Of a DNA stretch of 64,000 nt, positions 54,285 through 64,000 are shown piece by piece. This DNA comes from Arcobacteraceae bacterium (GTDB lineage: Bacteria; Campylobacterota; Campylobacteria; Campylobacterales; Arcobacteraceae): the NCBI GenBank assembly GCA_963662945.1, contig OY759974.1, positions 1,376,001 to 1,440,000 of the forward strand. The letters are read 5' to 3'. The notes beneath the pieces are model-generated. The model searched no databases. It was given only the letters and a program-made list of their open reading frames with translations, and had not been told where the DNA came from. Position 1 is the first letter of the stretch. Each line of letters starts with the position of its first letter. The position numbers and the translations under genes are program-made.

Positions 54285-55163
54285 ATGAAATTCTTATTTT
54301 TCTTATTTTTTATAACAACTTTTCTTTTTTCAGAAGTAAAGATTAACCTTTCTCATACAAATATAAAACACGGTACATCGTTTGCTGTGATACTTCAAAG
54401 TGATAAAAATTTATCACAAGCTCCAAATGTGATTTTCAAAGATAAAACTTATCAAATGTTTACTATCAATGGAAGTATTCAAAACTATGAGGTTTTTATC
54501 CCTGTTGATTATTATAATCCTAAGCAAAAAGAGAATGTACAAGTTTTGTATGAAGAAAATAGTGAGTTAATTAAAAAAAATCTCACTGTAAATATTGTTG
54601 ATGGAAAATATAGACAAAATGAAATCATAAAAGTTCCAAAAGGAAAAGTAACTTTATCTGATAAAAATAAGAAAAAAACTGAACAAGAGTATGAAAAAGT
54701 ATATAATCAAGTATATTCAGTGGTTACCTTATATGACTTAACAAATAGTTCAACATTTACACTTCCTATGGATAGTAAGATTACAAGTGCTTTTGGAAAT
54801 GCACGAGTTTATAATGGTGTGGCAAAAAGCTATCATACGGGAGTTGATTTTAGAGCAAGTGTTGGAGATGAGGTAAAGGCTTCAAATGATGGGAAAGTAG
54901 TCCTTACTATGGATAGATTTTATTTAGGAAATGTTATCTATATAGACCATGGTAGAGGGGCTTACACTTACTATTCTCATTTGAGTAAAATTTTAGTCAA
55001 AGAGGGAGATAGCGTTAAAAAAGGGCAAGTCATAGCCAAAAGTGGAAAAACAGGAAGAATCACAGGCCCTCATCTACACTACGCAGTACGACTTTATAAT
55101 ACTACAGTTGATCCTTTGCAATATACGAGTCTTTATAATGATATAGTGAAGAAATATCACTAA
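54285..55163 (+). CDS. M23-family metallopeptidase
   Basis: Signal peptide, HTGVD, IDHG, YSHL, TGPHLH. Confidence 0.92.
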   Translation: MKFLFFLFFITTFLFSEVKINLSHTNIKHGTSFAVILQSDKNLSQAPNVIFKDKTYQMFTINGSIQNYEVFIPVDYYNPKQKENVQVLYEENSELIKKNLTVNIVDGKYRQNEIIKVPKGKVTLSDKNKKKTEQEYEKVYNQVYSVVTLYDLTNSSTFTLPMDSKITSAFGNARVYNGVAKSYHTGVDFRASVGDEVKASNDGKVVLTMDRFYLGNVIYIDHGRGAYTYYSHLSKILVKEGDSVKKGQVIAKSGKTGRITGPHLHYAVRLYNTTVDPLQYTSLYNDIVKKYH

Positions 55164-55310
55164 TACCTTTACAGTAAAATACTCATAAATAGCTAATTTA
55201 AAGTTGTTGTCATTGTTTTAATATATAACATTTTGATTTATGTTATTTATTGATTTTTAGGCTATCTTGTATATAATGTATGTTTAATAACTAGTTATAC
55301 AAGGAATAAC

Positions 55311-55907
55311 ATGAAACTTATATTTAAAACATTAATATTTTTAATCGCAATACTTTTATTATCAGGTTGTACAAGAAGTCTACCTCCTACTTTACCTGCT
55401 AATTATTATTATGAAGGTAGTTACATTGATATTCATTCTCCAAATGAAGAAGGTTGGTCTTTAATAGGAAAATCAACACAAGGAATTGTTTTTGGAAAAA
55501 AAGGTAAAGAAAAAAGTGATAGCGAAATTGCTCAAGTTCTTTTTTTCCCACTTCCTCAAGATACTAAAAGTGAAAATGAATTTTTGTCTTTAATTGAAGA
55601 AGAGTTTCACAAAAATACTAATAAAGATAGATTTAATATAATTGAATCTGATTTTCAATTATTTAATCAAAGAAAATATCCATGTGTTCAACTAAAAGCT
55701 TTACTTAATGACAAAAAAGCCAAAATCTCTAACTTTTCAACTGAATCATTAAAAATGAAGATTAAATCATTATATTGTAAAGACGCAAAAACAAAAAAAA
55801 GAGGATTCATGATTGGGTATTCGTACAGAGGAAAAACTATTGACCCTAATTTTAATGAGAAAGCAGATAGTTTTATAAGTGGTGTTGAGTTTCCTGAATA
55901 TAAGTAA
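55311..55907 (+). CDS. Hypothetical lipoprotein
   Basis: Lipobox LSGC, SD AAGGA and its own TATAAT at 55272-55277. Confidence 0.75.
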   Translation: MKLIFKTLIFLIAILLLSGCTRSLPPTLPANYYYEGSYIDIHSPNEEGWSLIGKSTQGIVFGKKGKEKSDSEIAQVLFFPLPQDTKSENEFLSLIEEEFHKNTNKDRFNIIESDFQLFNQRKYPCVQLKALLNDKKAKISNFSTESLKMKIKSLYCKDAKTKKRGFMIGYSYRGKTIDPNFNEKADSFISGVEFPEYK

Positions 55908-56086
55908 GTTTTGTAAAATAAGTTGGAAAGTAGAATTAAATAATCGAGTGATTCAATTCAACCGTCCAAAGAGTATTTCAACAAAATTAACATAATAAAA
56001 GAAAAAATACCAACAATCTCCCATTAAGTCATTAATTACAAAAATTTAGCTATTATATATCTTAAATTCAAAAATAAGAGAAGATA

Positions 56087-57298
56087 ATGGGAATAAATTT
56101 TAAAGAACTTGCAAATAAATATCAAACACCATATTATGTGTATGATTTTGACTATATTACAAAACAGTATCAAGAGTTAAAAGGTGCTTTTAAAGCGAGA
56201 AAATCTTTAATTGCATATGCGGTAAAAGCAAATTCAAATTTAAGTGTAGTAAAACATCTTGGAGACCAAGGTAGTGGTGCAGATTGTGTGAGTATTGGTG
56301 AAGTTAAAAGAGCATTGAAAGTTGGAATACCAAAATATAAGATTATATTTTCTGGTGTTGGAAAAATTGATGATGAGATAAGAGAAGCTTTACAACTTGA
56401 TATTTTGATGATAAATGTTGAGAGTGAAGCGGAACTAAAAAGAGTTGATTTAATAGCTAAAGAATTAAAAGTCGAAGCTAGAATCTCTATAAGGATAAAT
56501 CCAAATGTGGATCCAAAAACGCATCCATATATCTCAACAGGACTTCATGAAAATAAATTTGGTGTAGATATTGATACAGCAAAAAGAATGTATATCTTTG
56601 CTAAAAATAGTGAAAACTTAGATCCAATTGGTATCCATTGTCATATAGGAAGTCAACTTACAGAGTTAGCACCTATTAAAGAAGCTGTAAATATCGTAGC
56701 AGATTTAGTACGAAATATAAAATCAGCATTAAAAATAGAGTTAAAGTTTTTTGATGTTGGTGGTGGACTTGGTATTGTTTATGATGATGAAAAACTTATC
56801 GATACCCATGAATATGCACAAACTATCCTTGATGCACTTTTTGGACTTGATATCACTGTAGTGTGTGAACCAGGAAAATTTATTGTTGGAAATAGTGGTG
56901 TATTTGTTACGAAAGTTTTATATGAAAAGGTAAATGGTAGCAAAAGATTTGTTATCGTTGATGGTGCTATGAATGATTTAATTCGACCAAGTTTATATAA
57001 TGCGTATCATAAAATTGAAGTATTAGAAAAGAGCGAAAATGTAAGTGACTGTAATGTGGTGGGTCCAGTGTGTGAAAGCGGTGACTTCTTTGCAAAAAAT
57101 ATTCAGTTACCGCAAACACAACATAACGACTTGGTTGCAATTTATTCTGCAGGGGCGTATGGGTTTACAATGTCAAGTAACTATAACACAAGAGGAAAAG
57201 TTGCTGAAATTGCTTATGAAAATGGAAAAGATAGACTTATAAGAAGAAGAGAAACTTTTGAAGACTTGATTGCTTTAGAAGAGGAATACCTAAAGTAA
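56087..57298 (+). CDS. lysA: Diaminopimelate decarboxylase
   Basis: YAVKAN, HPYISTG...KFG, HIGSQ, GGG, EPG, CESGD, GAYG...SNYN. Confidence 0.97.
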   Translation: MGINFKELANKYQTPYYVYDFDYITKQYQELKGAFKARKSLIAYAVKANSNLSVVKHLGDQGSGADCVSIGEVKRALKVGIPKYKIIFSGVGKIDDEIREALQLDILMINVESEAELKRVDLIAKELKVEARISIRINPNVDPKTHPYISTGLHENKFGVDIDTAKRMYIFAKNSENLDPIGIHCHIGSQLTELAPIKEAVNIVADLVRNIKSALKIELKFFDVGGGLGIVYDDEKLIDTHEYAQTILDALFGLDITVVCEPGKFIVGNSGVFVTKVLYEKVNGSKRFVIVDGAMNDLIRPSLYNAYHKIEVLEKSENVSDCNVVGPVCESGDFFAKNIQLPQTQHNDLVAIYSAGAYGFTMSSNYNTRGKVAEIAYENGKDRLIRRRETFEDLIALEEEYLK

Positions 57299-57314
57299 TT
57301 TGTAAAGGATTGAT

Positions 57315-58394
57315 ATGGATGAAGCAATAGAGTTACAAAAATTACGAGATACTTTAGATGGTATTGATAATGAGATTCTAAAACTTTTAAATAAAAGAAT
57401 GGAAACTGTACATAAAGTTGGACTTGTAAAAGCTCAAAGTGGTGGAGCCATTTATAGACCCGAAAGGGAGAAGTCAATTATAGATAGGCTTCATAAACAA
57501 TCGCTTGAAGCAAATGGAAGTTTAAATAGGGCTGCTATTGAGGCATTGTTTCTAGAAATTTTTGCAATAAGTAGAAATCTTGAGTTACCAGAAAATATCG
57601 CATATCTTGGACCTGAAGGGAGTTTTACCCATCAAGCAGCAGAAAGTAGATTTGGTGCTATGAGTGCATATTTACCAATTAGTTCAATAAAAGGTGTATT
57701 TCGAGAAGTTGCTAATAAAAAAGCAAAATTTGGGGTGATTCCTATAGAAAATAGTAGCAATGGAATTGTAAGTGATACTATAACTTGTTTGAATGAATAT
57801 GATTTAAAAATTATCGCTGAAGTTATGGTAGATATTCACCATTGTTTTGCAACGACTTGTGATAATGTAAAACAGGTAAAAAGAATTTATTCAAAAGATA
57901 TTGCCATAGAACAATGTCACAAATTTTTAGAAGATTTAGGTTTGGATGAGTGTGAGTTGATCCCTGTAGAGAGTACAGCAAAAGCTGCAAAAATGGCAAC
58001 ACAAGAGGAAAATTGTGCGGCAATTTGTTCTCATATTGGGGCGAAAATGTACAAGTTACCAATATTATTTGAAAATATTGAGGATAAAGGGAACAATCGT
58101 ACACGGTTTTTAATAGTGAGTGATTTTGAAAATGGGCAAAGTGGAGAAGATAAAACTTCAATACTTGCACAGTTACCAAATGAACACGGGGCATTGGTGA
58201 GATTTTTAAATGATTTTGATAAAGCAAATATAAATCTTACAAAAATAAAATCTCATATAGTTGAGGGAATTTCAACATTTTTTATCGATTTTGATGGACA
58301 TAAAAATGATGATAAAATTCAAGAAATATTTAATAAACATAAAAATAGCATAAAATTTTTAGGAAGCTATGTAAAGGAAGCAGATGACATTTAA
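57315..58394 (+). CDS. pheA: Chorismate mutase / prephenate dehydratase
   Basis: N-terminal AroQ domain (LRDTLDGID...RPERE), [19 protein letters not shown] and an ACT domain. Confidence 0.95.
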   Translation: MDEAIELQKLRDTLDGIDNEILKLLNKRMETVHKVGLVKAQSGGAIYRPEREKSIIDRLHKQSLEANGSLNRAAIEALFLEIFAISRNLELPENIAYLGPEGSFTHQAAESRFGAMSAYLPISSIKGVFREVANKKAKFGVIPIENSSNGIVSDTITCLNEYDLKIIAEVMVDIHHCFATTCDNVKQVKRIYSKDIAIEQCHKFLEDLGLDECELIPVESTAKAAKMATQEENCAAICSHIGAKMYKLPILFENIEDKGNNRTRFLIVSDFENGQSGEDKTSILAQLPNEHGALVRFLNDFDKANINLTKIKSHIVEGISTFFIDFDGHKNDDKIQEIFNKHKNSIKFLGSYVKEADDI

Positions 58395-59481
58395 TACAGT
58401 ATTAGATAACGTTGGTATCTATGAAGCGGGAAAACCAATTGAATTGGTAGTAAGAGAATATGGTTTGGGACCAAAGGATATTATAAAATTAGCATCAAAT
58501 GAAAATCCTTATGGAACTTGTCAAACAGTTGTTGATGTAATTGCAAGAAAAGCTTGTAGTGCTTTTGTTTATCCAGATGACAGTATGTATGAATTAAAAG
58601 AGGCTTTAGCAACAAAGTTTGGAGTGACTGATAAAAATATTATTATAGGTTCTGGAAGTGATCAAGTTATAGAGTTTTGTGTACATGGAAAATGTAATAA
58701 AGACTCAAAAGTGATTATGGCAAAAACTACATTTGCAATGTATGAGATATATTCTAAACATGTAGGTGCAACAATTTTAAAAACTTCTTCTGATGAACAT
58801 AATTTAGATGAGTTTAGAGAAATTTATAAAAAAGAGGGTGCAGATGTAATCTTTATTTGTGTTCCAAATAATCCTTTAGGGGAGTGTTTAGATGCAGCTG
58901 ATTTATATAAATTTTTAGATGAAGTGGATAGTAATACATTAGTAATTGTTGATGGTGCATATCAAGAGTACGCAAAATATAAAGATGGTGCAAAAGAGAT
59001 AGTACCAAGTGATATTATAGAAAAATATCCAAATGTAATCTATCTTGGAACTTTTTCAAAAGCATATGCGCTTGGAGGTATGAGAGTTGGTTATGGTATT
59101 GCATCTTCTGAGATTATAACTACATTACATAAGTTAAGACCACCATTTAATATAACAACTTTATCATTAGCTGGTGCAATTGAAGCTTTAAAACACGAAA
59201 AGTTTGTGCAAGATTGTATTAAGAAAAACTTTGAACAAATGACAAGATATGAAGAGTATGCTACAAGTAAAGGGTTTAAATATATCCCTTCATATACAAA
59301 CTTTATTACAATCTATCTTGATGGATATGTTTCAAAAGAGATTGCTCAAAAATTACTTGAAAAAGGTGTTATTGTTCGAGATATGACTGGATATGGTTTT
59401 AATGCTTTAAGAATAACAATAGGAACAGAGGAACAAAATACAAAAGTATTTAAAGTTCTCGATTCTATTTTGGATAAGTAA
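58384..59481 (+). CDS. hisC: Histidinol-phosphate aminotransferase
   Basis: [35 protein letters not shown]. Confidence 0.93.
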   Translation: MTFNTVLDNVGIYEAGKPIELVVREYGLGPKDIIKLASNENPYGTCQTVVDVIARKACSAFVYPDDSMYELKEALATKFGVTDKNIIIGSGSDQVIEFCVHGKCNKDSKVIMAKTTFAMYEIYSKHVGATILKTSSDEHNLDEFREIYKKEGADVIFICVPNNPLGECLDAADLYKFLDEVDSNTLVIVDGAYQEYAKYKDGAKEIVPSDIIEKYPNVIYLGTFSKAYALGGMRVGYGIASSEIITTLHKLRPPFNITTLSLAGAIEALKHEKFVQDCIKKNFEQMTRYEEYATSKGFKYIPSYTNFITIYLDGYVSKEIAQKLLEKGVIVRDMTGYGFNALRITIGTEEQNTKVFKVLDSILDK

Positions 59482-59492
59482 AAGACAAGAAT

Positions 59493-60791
59493 ATGGGTTC
59501 ATATTTTAAACTACAAGAGAATAATACAAGTGTAAAAACAGAATTTCTTGCGGGCTTTACAACATTTTTAACAATGATGTATATAGTTCCTGTAAATGGA
59601 TTTATACTAAATGATGCAGGACTTCCTATGGGTGCAGTTATCACAGCAACTGCACTTATAACTATACTTGCTACAATATTTAATGGTTTTTGGTCAAATA
59701 CACCAATAGCTATGAGTGTTGGTATGGGTTTAAATGCATATTTCTCTTATGGTTTAGTTTTAGGTATGGGAATTGCTTGGCAAACTGCTTTAGGGATAGT
59801 GTTTTTAAGTGGTATTATCTTTGTAATTCTCTCCTTTACACAGTTTAGGGTATGGCTTATGACTTCAATTCCTGTTGATTTACGACGGGCAATTAGTGCT
59901 GGAATTGGTGCATTTATTGCTTTTATTGGACTAAAGCAAATGGGAGTTGTTGTAGAAAATAAGGCAACATTGGTAGCTTTGGGAGATTTAAGTAGTGACC
60001 CTGTACTTTTAGGTATTTTTGGACTGATTGTTACACTATTGCTTTATACATATAGAGTTAAAGGTGCATTTATAATAGCCATTTTAATCACTTCAATCAT
60101 TGGCTGGTTGTTTGGTATTGGTGAGTTGCCATCAGCGATATTTGGAATGCCAGATTCAATTAGTCCAATTTTTATGCAACTTGATATAGCAAGTGCTTTA
60201 TCTTTGGCACTATTACCAGTTATTATTACGTTTTTAATTACAGATATGTTTGATACTTTGGGAACTTTAACAGGTGTTGGAACGAGAGCAAATCTTTTTC
60301 AAACGACACAAAAAAATGATAAAGCTTTAGAAAAAACACTTGAAGCAGATGCAATTGCAACTGTTGGTGGAAGTTTGATAGGTGTTTCAACTGCAACTTC
60401 ATTTATAGAGAGTGCAAGTGGAGTTGAAGAGGGTGGAAGAACAGGATTAACTGCTATTTTCACAGGATTGTTTTTTATTTTAACACTTTTTATATTACCT
60501 TTATTTAAGGCAATTCCAGAAAATGCAATTTATCCTGTACTTGTAGTTGTTGGTATTTTGATGTTTAGTGAACTTGGGAATATTGATTTTAAAAAGAATG
60601 ATTTTGCAATAGCTAGTGCAACATTTTTTATTGTTGTTTTAATGCCATTAACTTACTCTATAACAAATGGTTTTGCTGCTGGATTTGTTATATATACACT
60701 TTTAAAACTGTTAAAAGGTGAATTTAAAGATATTAATTTGGGTTTAATCACAATAACACTTATTTCACTTTTAGTTTTTATCTTACATTAG
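59493..60791 (+). CDS. NCS2/AzgA-family purine permease
   Basis: EFLAGFTTFLTM, GMGLNAYF, DMFDTLGT, ESASGVEEGGRTGLT. Confidence 0.93.
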   Translation: MGSYFKLQENNTSVKTEFLAGFTTFLTMMYIVPVNGFILNDAGLPMGAVITATALITILATIFNGFWSNTPIAMSVGMGLNAYFSYGLVLGMGIAWQTALGIVFLSGIIFVILSFTQFRVWLMTSIPVDLRRAISAGIGAFIAFIGLKQMGVVVENKATLVALGDLSSDPVLLGIFGLIVTLLLYTYRVKGAFIIAILITSIIGWLFGIGELPSAIFGMPDSISPIFMQLDIASALSLALLPVIITFLITDMFDTLGTLTGVGTRANLFQTTQKNDKALEKTLEADAIATVGGSLIGVSTATSFIESASGVEEGGRTGLTAIFTGLFFILTLFILPLFKAIPENAIYPVLVVVGILMFSELGNIDFKKNDFAIASATFFIVVLMPLTYSITNGFAAGFVIYTLLKLLKGEFKDINLGLITITLISLLVFILH

Positions 60792-60800
60792 GAATTAAAA

Positions 60801-61256
60801 ATGAAAAAAGTTTATTATGGATATAACGAGTGTTTGGAGGATTGTAGAGTTTTAATTCCCCAGCTAAAAGAATATAATCCTGATGCACTTATATCTATAG
60901 CTAGAGGTGGATTACTTTTAGGACATTTATTAAGTGAAGCACTAGATACAAGAGAAATATACAGTTTAAATTCTATCCATTATGAAGGAACGAAGAAGCT
61001 AGAAACTTTTGAAATCTTTAATATTCCAGATTTAACAAGATTGCATAAAATTGTTTTGATAGATGATATAGTTGATAGTGGTGAAAGTATGGTTGAAATT
61101 TTAAAAATATTACAAAAAAAATATCCTCATTGTGAATTTAAAGTGGCTACTATATTTTATAAAACAACTGCTTTAATGCAACCAGATTTTAGTGTAAAAG
61201 AAGCAAAAAACTGGATAGAGTTTTTTTGGGAAGTTGATTTACTTGAAAAGAGATAA
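60801..61256 (+). CDS. Type I (purine) phosphoribosyltransferase
   Basis: IARGG, VLIDDIVDSGES (PRPP-binding motif), WIEFFWE. Follows the purine permease. Confidence 0.88.
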   Translation: MKKVYYGYNECLEDCRVLIPQLKEYNPDALISIARGGLLLGHLLSEALDTREIYSLNSIHYEGTKKLETFEIFNIPDLTRLHKIVLIDDIVDSGESMVEILKILQKKYPHCEFKVATIFYKTTALMQPDFSVKEAKNWIEFFWEVDLLEKR

Positions 61257-61257
61257 T

Positions 61258-63057
61258 ATGAATATAAAAAATAAAAATATAAAAGAGTTAGAACAAGTAG
61301 CACAAGATATTAGAGATAGAATAATAGATGTTGTATCTAGAAATGGGGGACATTTTAGTTCAACATTAGGTGCGGTTGAATTAACTATTGGGATGCATAA
61401 AGTTTTTGATTGTGAATATGATCCTTTTATATTTGATGTATCTCATCAGTGTTATCCTCATAAACTCTTAACTGGAAGATGGGAAGAGTTTGAAACTTTA
61501 CGACAATTTAAAGGGATAAGTGGATTTACAAAACCAAAAGAATCAAAAGCAGATTATTTCGTAGCTGGACATAGTTCTACATCAATATCCTTAGCAGTTG
61601 GGGCTGCAAAAGCAGCAATGCTAGAAAACAATGGAAAAGTACCAGTAGTTATGATTGGTGATGGAAGTATGAGTGCTGGTATGGTTTATGAAGCACTTAA
61701 TGAATTAGGTGATATAAAATTACCAGTTGTAATTATACTTAATGACAATGAAATGAGTATAGCAAAACCTATAGGTGCAATTTCAAAACATCTTAGTAAA
61801 GTTTTAGCAGGTAAAGGATACCAAAAATTTAAAGATAGAGTGGATAAGTTTATAAAAAACAATATGCCAGAAGGTGCAACCTATATAGCAAAACGGATGG
61901 AAGAGTCTTTAAAACTTATTACTCCTGGAATTATTTTTGAAGAGATGGGTATAGATTATATAGGTCCAATTGATGGTCATAATCTTGAAGAGGTTATTGA
62001 TACTTTAGAATTAGCAAAAAACTTTGGCAAACCTGTTATTGTGCATGCAAGAACAGTAAAAGGAAAAGGTTATTCTATAGCAGAAGGGCATTTTGAACAC
62101 TGGCATGGAGTAGGACCTTTTGATAAAACAACTGGGGAGTTTCAAAAAAAAGCCGGAGCAAAAAGTGCCACAGCTGTATTTAGTGATGCTTTATATAAAC
62201 TAGCACTTGAAGATGAAAAAGTAGTTGGTGTAACAGCTGCTATGCCAAGTGGGACAGGTATTGATAAACTTATGAATGAGTTTCCAAATAGATTTTGGGA
62301 TGTTGCAATAGCAGAACAACATGCAGTAACTTCAATGGCTGCCATGGCAAAAGATGGATTTAAACCATTTGTAACTATTTATTCAACATTTTTGCAGCGA
62401 GGATTTGATCAAATTATTCATGATGTTTGTTTAATGAATCTACCAGTTACTTTTGCAATAGATAGAGCGGGAATTGTTGGTGCAGATGGAGAAACACATC
62501 AAGGACAATTTGATATAAGTTTTTTACGATTTTTACCAAATATGACATTAATGGCTCCAAGAGATAGTAAAACATTAGAATATAGTTTAGAATTTGCAAA
62601 AGATTATCAAAGCCCATGTGCCATAAGATATCCAAGAGGTGCTTTTGAAGAGTTAGAATATGAATCTACAAAGTTTGTTTTAGGAAAAGGTGAAATTCTT
62701 AAACAAACAGATAGTGAAATAGCTTTTATAGGATATGGTGCAGGAGTAAGTCGAGCAATTGCAACTGAAAAACTTCATAAAGAAGAGATAACTATTGTTG
62801 ATTTACGATTTGTAAAACCTCTAGATAAAGAGTTATTGTTAGATTTAGCAAAAATTACAAAAAAATGGTATGTTTTTAGTGATTCTCAAAGACAAGGTGG
62901 CGTTGGAAGTGCATTGTTAGAATTTATCAGTGAAAATGATTTAGATATAAAGGTAAAATCATTTGAATATGATGATCTTTATATTCAACATGGAGACACT
63001 AAACTTCTTGAAGAAGATTTGGGGATTTTACCAGAACAACTCGTAATAAAGGTTTAG
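61258..63057 (+). CDS. dxs: 1-deoxy-D-xylulose-5-phosphate synthase
   Basis: GGHFSS, DVSHQCY, GDGSM...NDN (TPP motif), IAEQH, YSTFLQR, DRAG...DGETH. Likely ATG start at 61258. Confidence 0.97.
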   Translation: MNIKNKNIKELEQVAQDIRDRIIDVVSRNGGHFSSTLGAVELTIGMHKVFDCEYDPFIFDVSHQCYPHKLLTGRWEEFETLRQFKGISGFTKPKESKADYFVAGHSSTSISLAVGAAKAAMLENNGKVPVVMIGDGSMSAGMVYEALNELGDIKLPVVIILNDNEMSIAKPIGAISKHLSKVLAGKGYQKFKDRVDKFIKNNMPEGATYIAKRMEESLKLITPGIIFEEMGIDYIGPIDGHNLEEVIDTLELAKNFGKPVIVHARTVKGKGYSIAEGHFEHWHGVGPFDKTTGEFQKKAGAKSATAVFSDALYKLALEDEKVVGVTAAMPSGTGIDKLMNEFPNRFWDVAIAEQHAVTSMAAMAKDGFKPFVTIYSTFLQRGFDQIIHDVCLMNLPVTFAIDRAGIVGADGETHQGQFDISFLRFLPNMTLMAPRDSKTLEYSLEFAKDYQSPCAIRYPRGAFEELEYESTKFVLGKGEILKQTDSEIAFIGYGAGVSRAIATEKLHKEEITIVDLRFVKPLDKELLLDLAKITKKWYVFSDSQRQGGVGSALLEFISENDLDIKVKSFEYDDLYIQHGDTKLLEEDLGILPEQLVIKV

Positions 63058-63135
63058 TTGAACCTTTAAAATAAAGGCAGTTTTATGCAAAATAATACAT
63101 CTAGCACTATACTAAAGTGATAATTTTTAACTTTT

Positions 63136-64000
63136 ATGTATAGTAAAAATAATATTCTTATCATTTTTATATTTATTTCATTAATTGTATTTCAAATAGT
63201 ATATGATCAAAACAATGAAAAAAATTATCAAACAGTATATGAAGAGATACTATCTAATGAAGCAGGGATATATTTTGAGAATATAATGTTAAAAAAAGCA
63301 CAAAAACTTGATTCCAGTCTTACTTTTACAAATATTCCTACGAACATGAAGTTTGAACTTTTAGGAGAAGATATTCAGTTAATTGATACAATCAAAAGCA
63401 CAAATACAAATAAATATTATTATCTTGATGATGAGCAAAAATATTTTTATTATTATGAGTTGTTAAATGTTAAAAAGAATTGTATTGAATGTCACACAAA
63501 ATATCAAGTTGGTGATGTTGCAGGAGTTGTAAAAATATCAATAGCAACAGATAAATATTTAAAAATATATGAAGATATGTATAACTCAAAATATATTTAT
63601 GTTGTCTTGGATATATTTTTTCTTATTTTGATTACTTTATTAATTTTATTTTTTAGACGAAAATCAAGAGTAAAACATCTTGAACTTTTACGAAGTCAAA
63701 GAAATTTAGAAAAAGCTGAAAAAATGGCAGGACTAGGGCACTGGAGAATTGATAATAGAACTTTCGAGATAAGCTTTTCAAAAAATATGCTAGAAGTTAT
63801 CGGTTTAAATGAATCACAAAAAATTGATTTGCAGTTTATTATAAATAATGTTATTTGCAATGAAGACAAATTGAAGGTAATAAAATCTTATAAAAATTCT
63901 CTGAAAACTGCTAATGATATACAAATTGAATTTAGAATAGTGCATCAGCTTGATCAAAAAAAACGGCATGTTAATTGTCATATTATGCACATAAAAGATA
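63136..64000 (+). CDS. Membrane sensor (partial): TM, periplasmic c-type haem (DUF3365-like) domain, TM, PAS; runs off the window
   Basis: Hand translation from ATG 63136 is open to the window end. It gives an N-terminal TM, CIECH at 63481-63495 followed by YQVGDVAG, a second TM, then AEKMAGLGHW (PAS-like). Not in the ORF track because it has no stop. Confidence 0.8.
   Translation, partial: MYSKNNILIIFIFISLIVFQIVYDQNNEKNYQTVYEEILSNEAGIYFENIMLKKAQKLDSSLTFTNIPTNMKFELLGEDIQLIDTIKSTNTNKYYYLDDEQKYFYYYELLNVKKNCIECHTKYQVGDVAGVVKISIATDKYLKIYEDMYNSKYIYVVLDIFFLILITLLILFFRRKSRVKHLELLRSQRNLEKAEKMAGLGHWRIDNRTFEISFSKNMLEVIGLNESQKIDLQFIINNVICNEDKLKVIKSYKNSLKTANDIQIEFRIVHQLDQKKRHVNCHIMHIKD

Overview
AT-rich bacterial chromosome segment, most likely Campylobacterota and probably Arcobacteraceae-like. 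This is inferred from the 16S V1 region, a Campylobacter-type MOMP, frdCAB, a UPF0323 lipoprotein and the Ile-Ala rrn spacer; no database search was run. Most of the window is housekeeping: purB, gltX, frdCAB, porin, pyrG, one complete rrn operon (16S-tRNAIle-tRNAAla-23S-5S), trpB, nrdAB, gap-pgk-tpiA-fabI, lysA-pheA-hisC and dxs. Five things stand out. (1) A 10.5 kb type V secretion island (679-11233) holds a TpsA/TpsB pair, two inverse-autotransporter-like genes and a 7TM-DISM kinase/response regulator. Three of its promoters share a TAACG direct repeat with 12-bp period at the same distance from the -10 box. (2) An anchorless, probably non-covalent-FAD fumarate-reductase-like pair lies downstream of an orphan Phd/YefM-like fusion gene, near canonical frdCAB. 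(3) A tightly coupled operon after the 5S gene encodes an IscU variant, a tandem ferritin-like protein, a spore-photoproduct-lyase-like radical SAM enzyme and LysE. (4) Two related palindromic elements (CGTTG...CCTTG) overlap the TAG stops of purB and fabI. (5) A divergent GAPDH/Epd-like gene and a DUF302-like gene are inserted in the gap-pgk-tpiA cluster. No CRISPR array, transposase, integrase or prophage gene was seen. All family calls come from motif recognition by eye.
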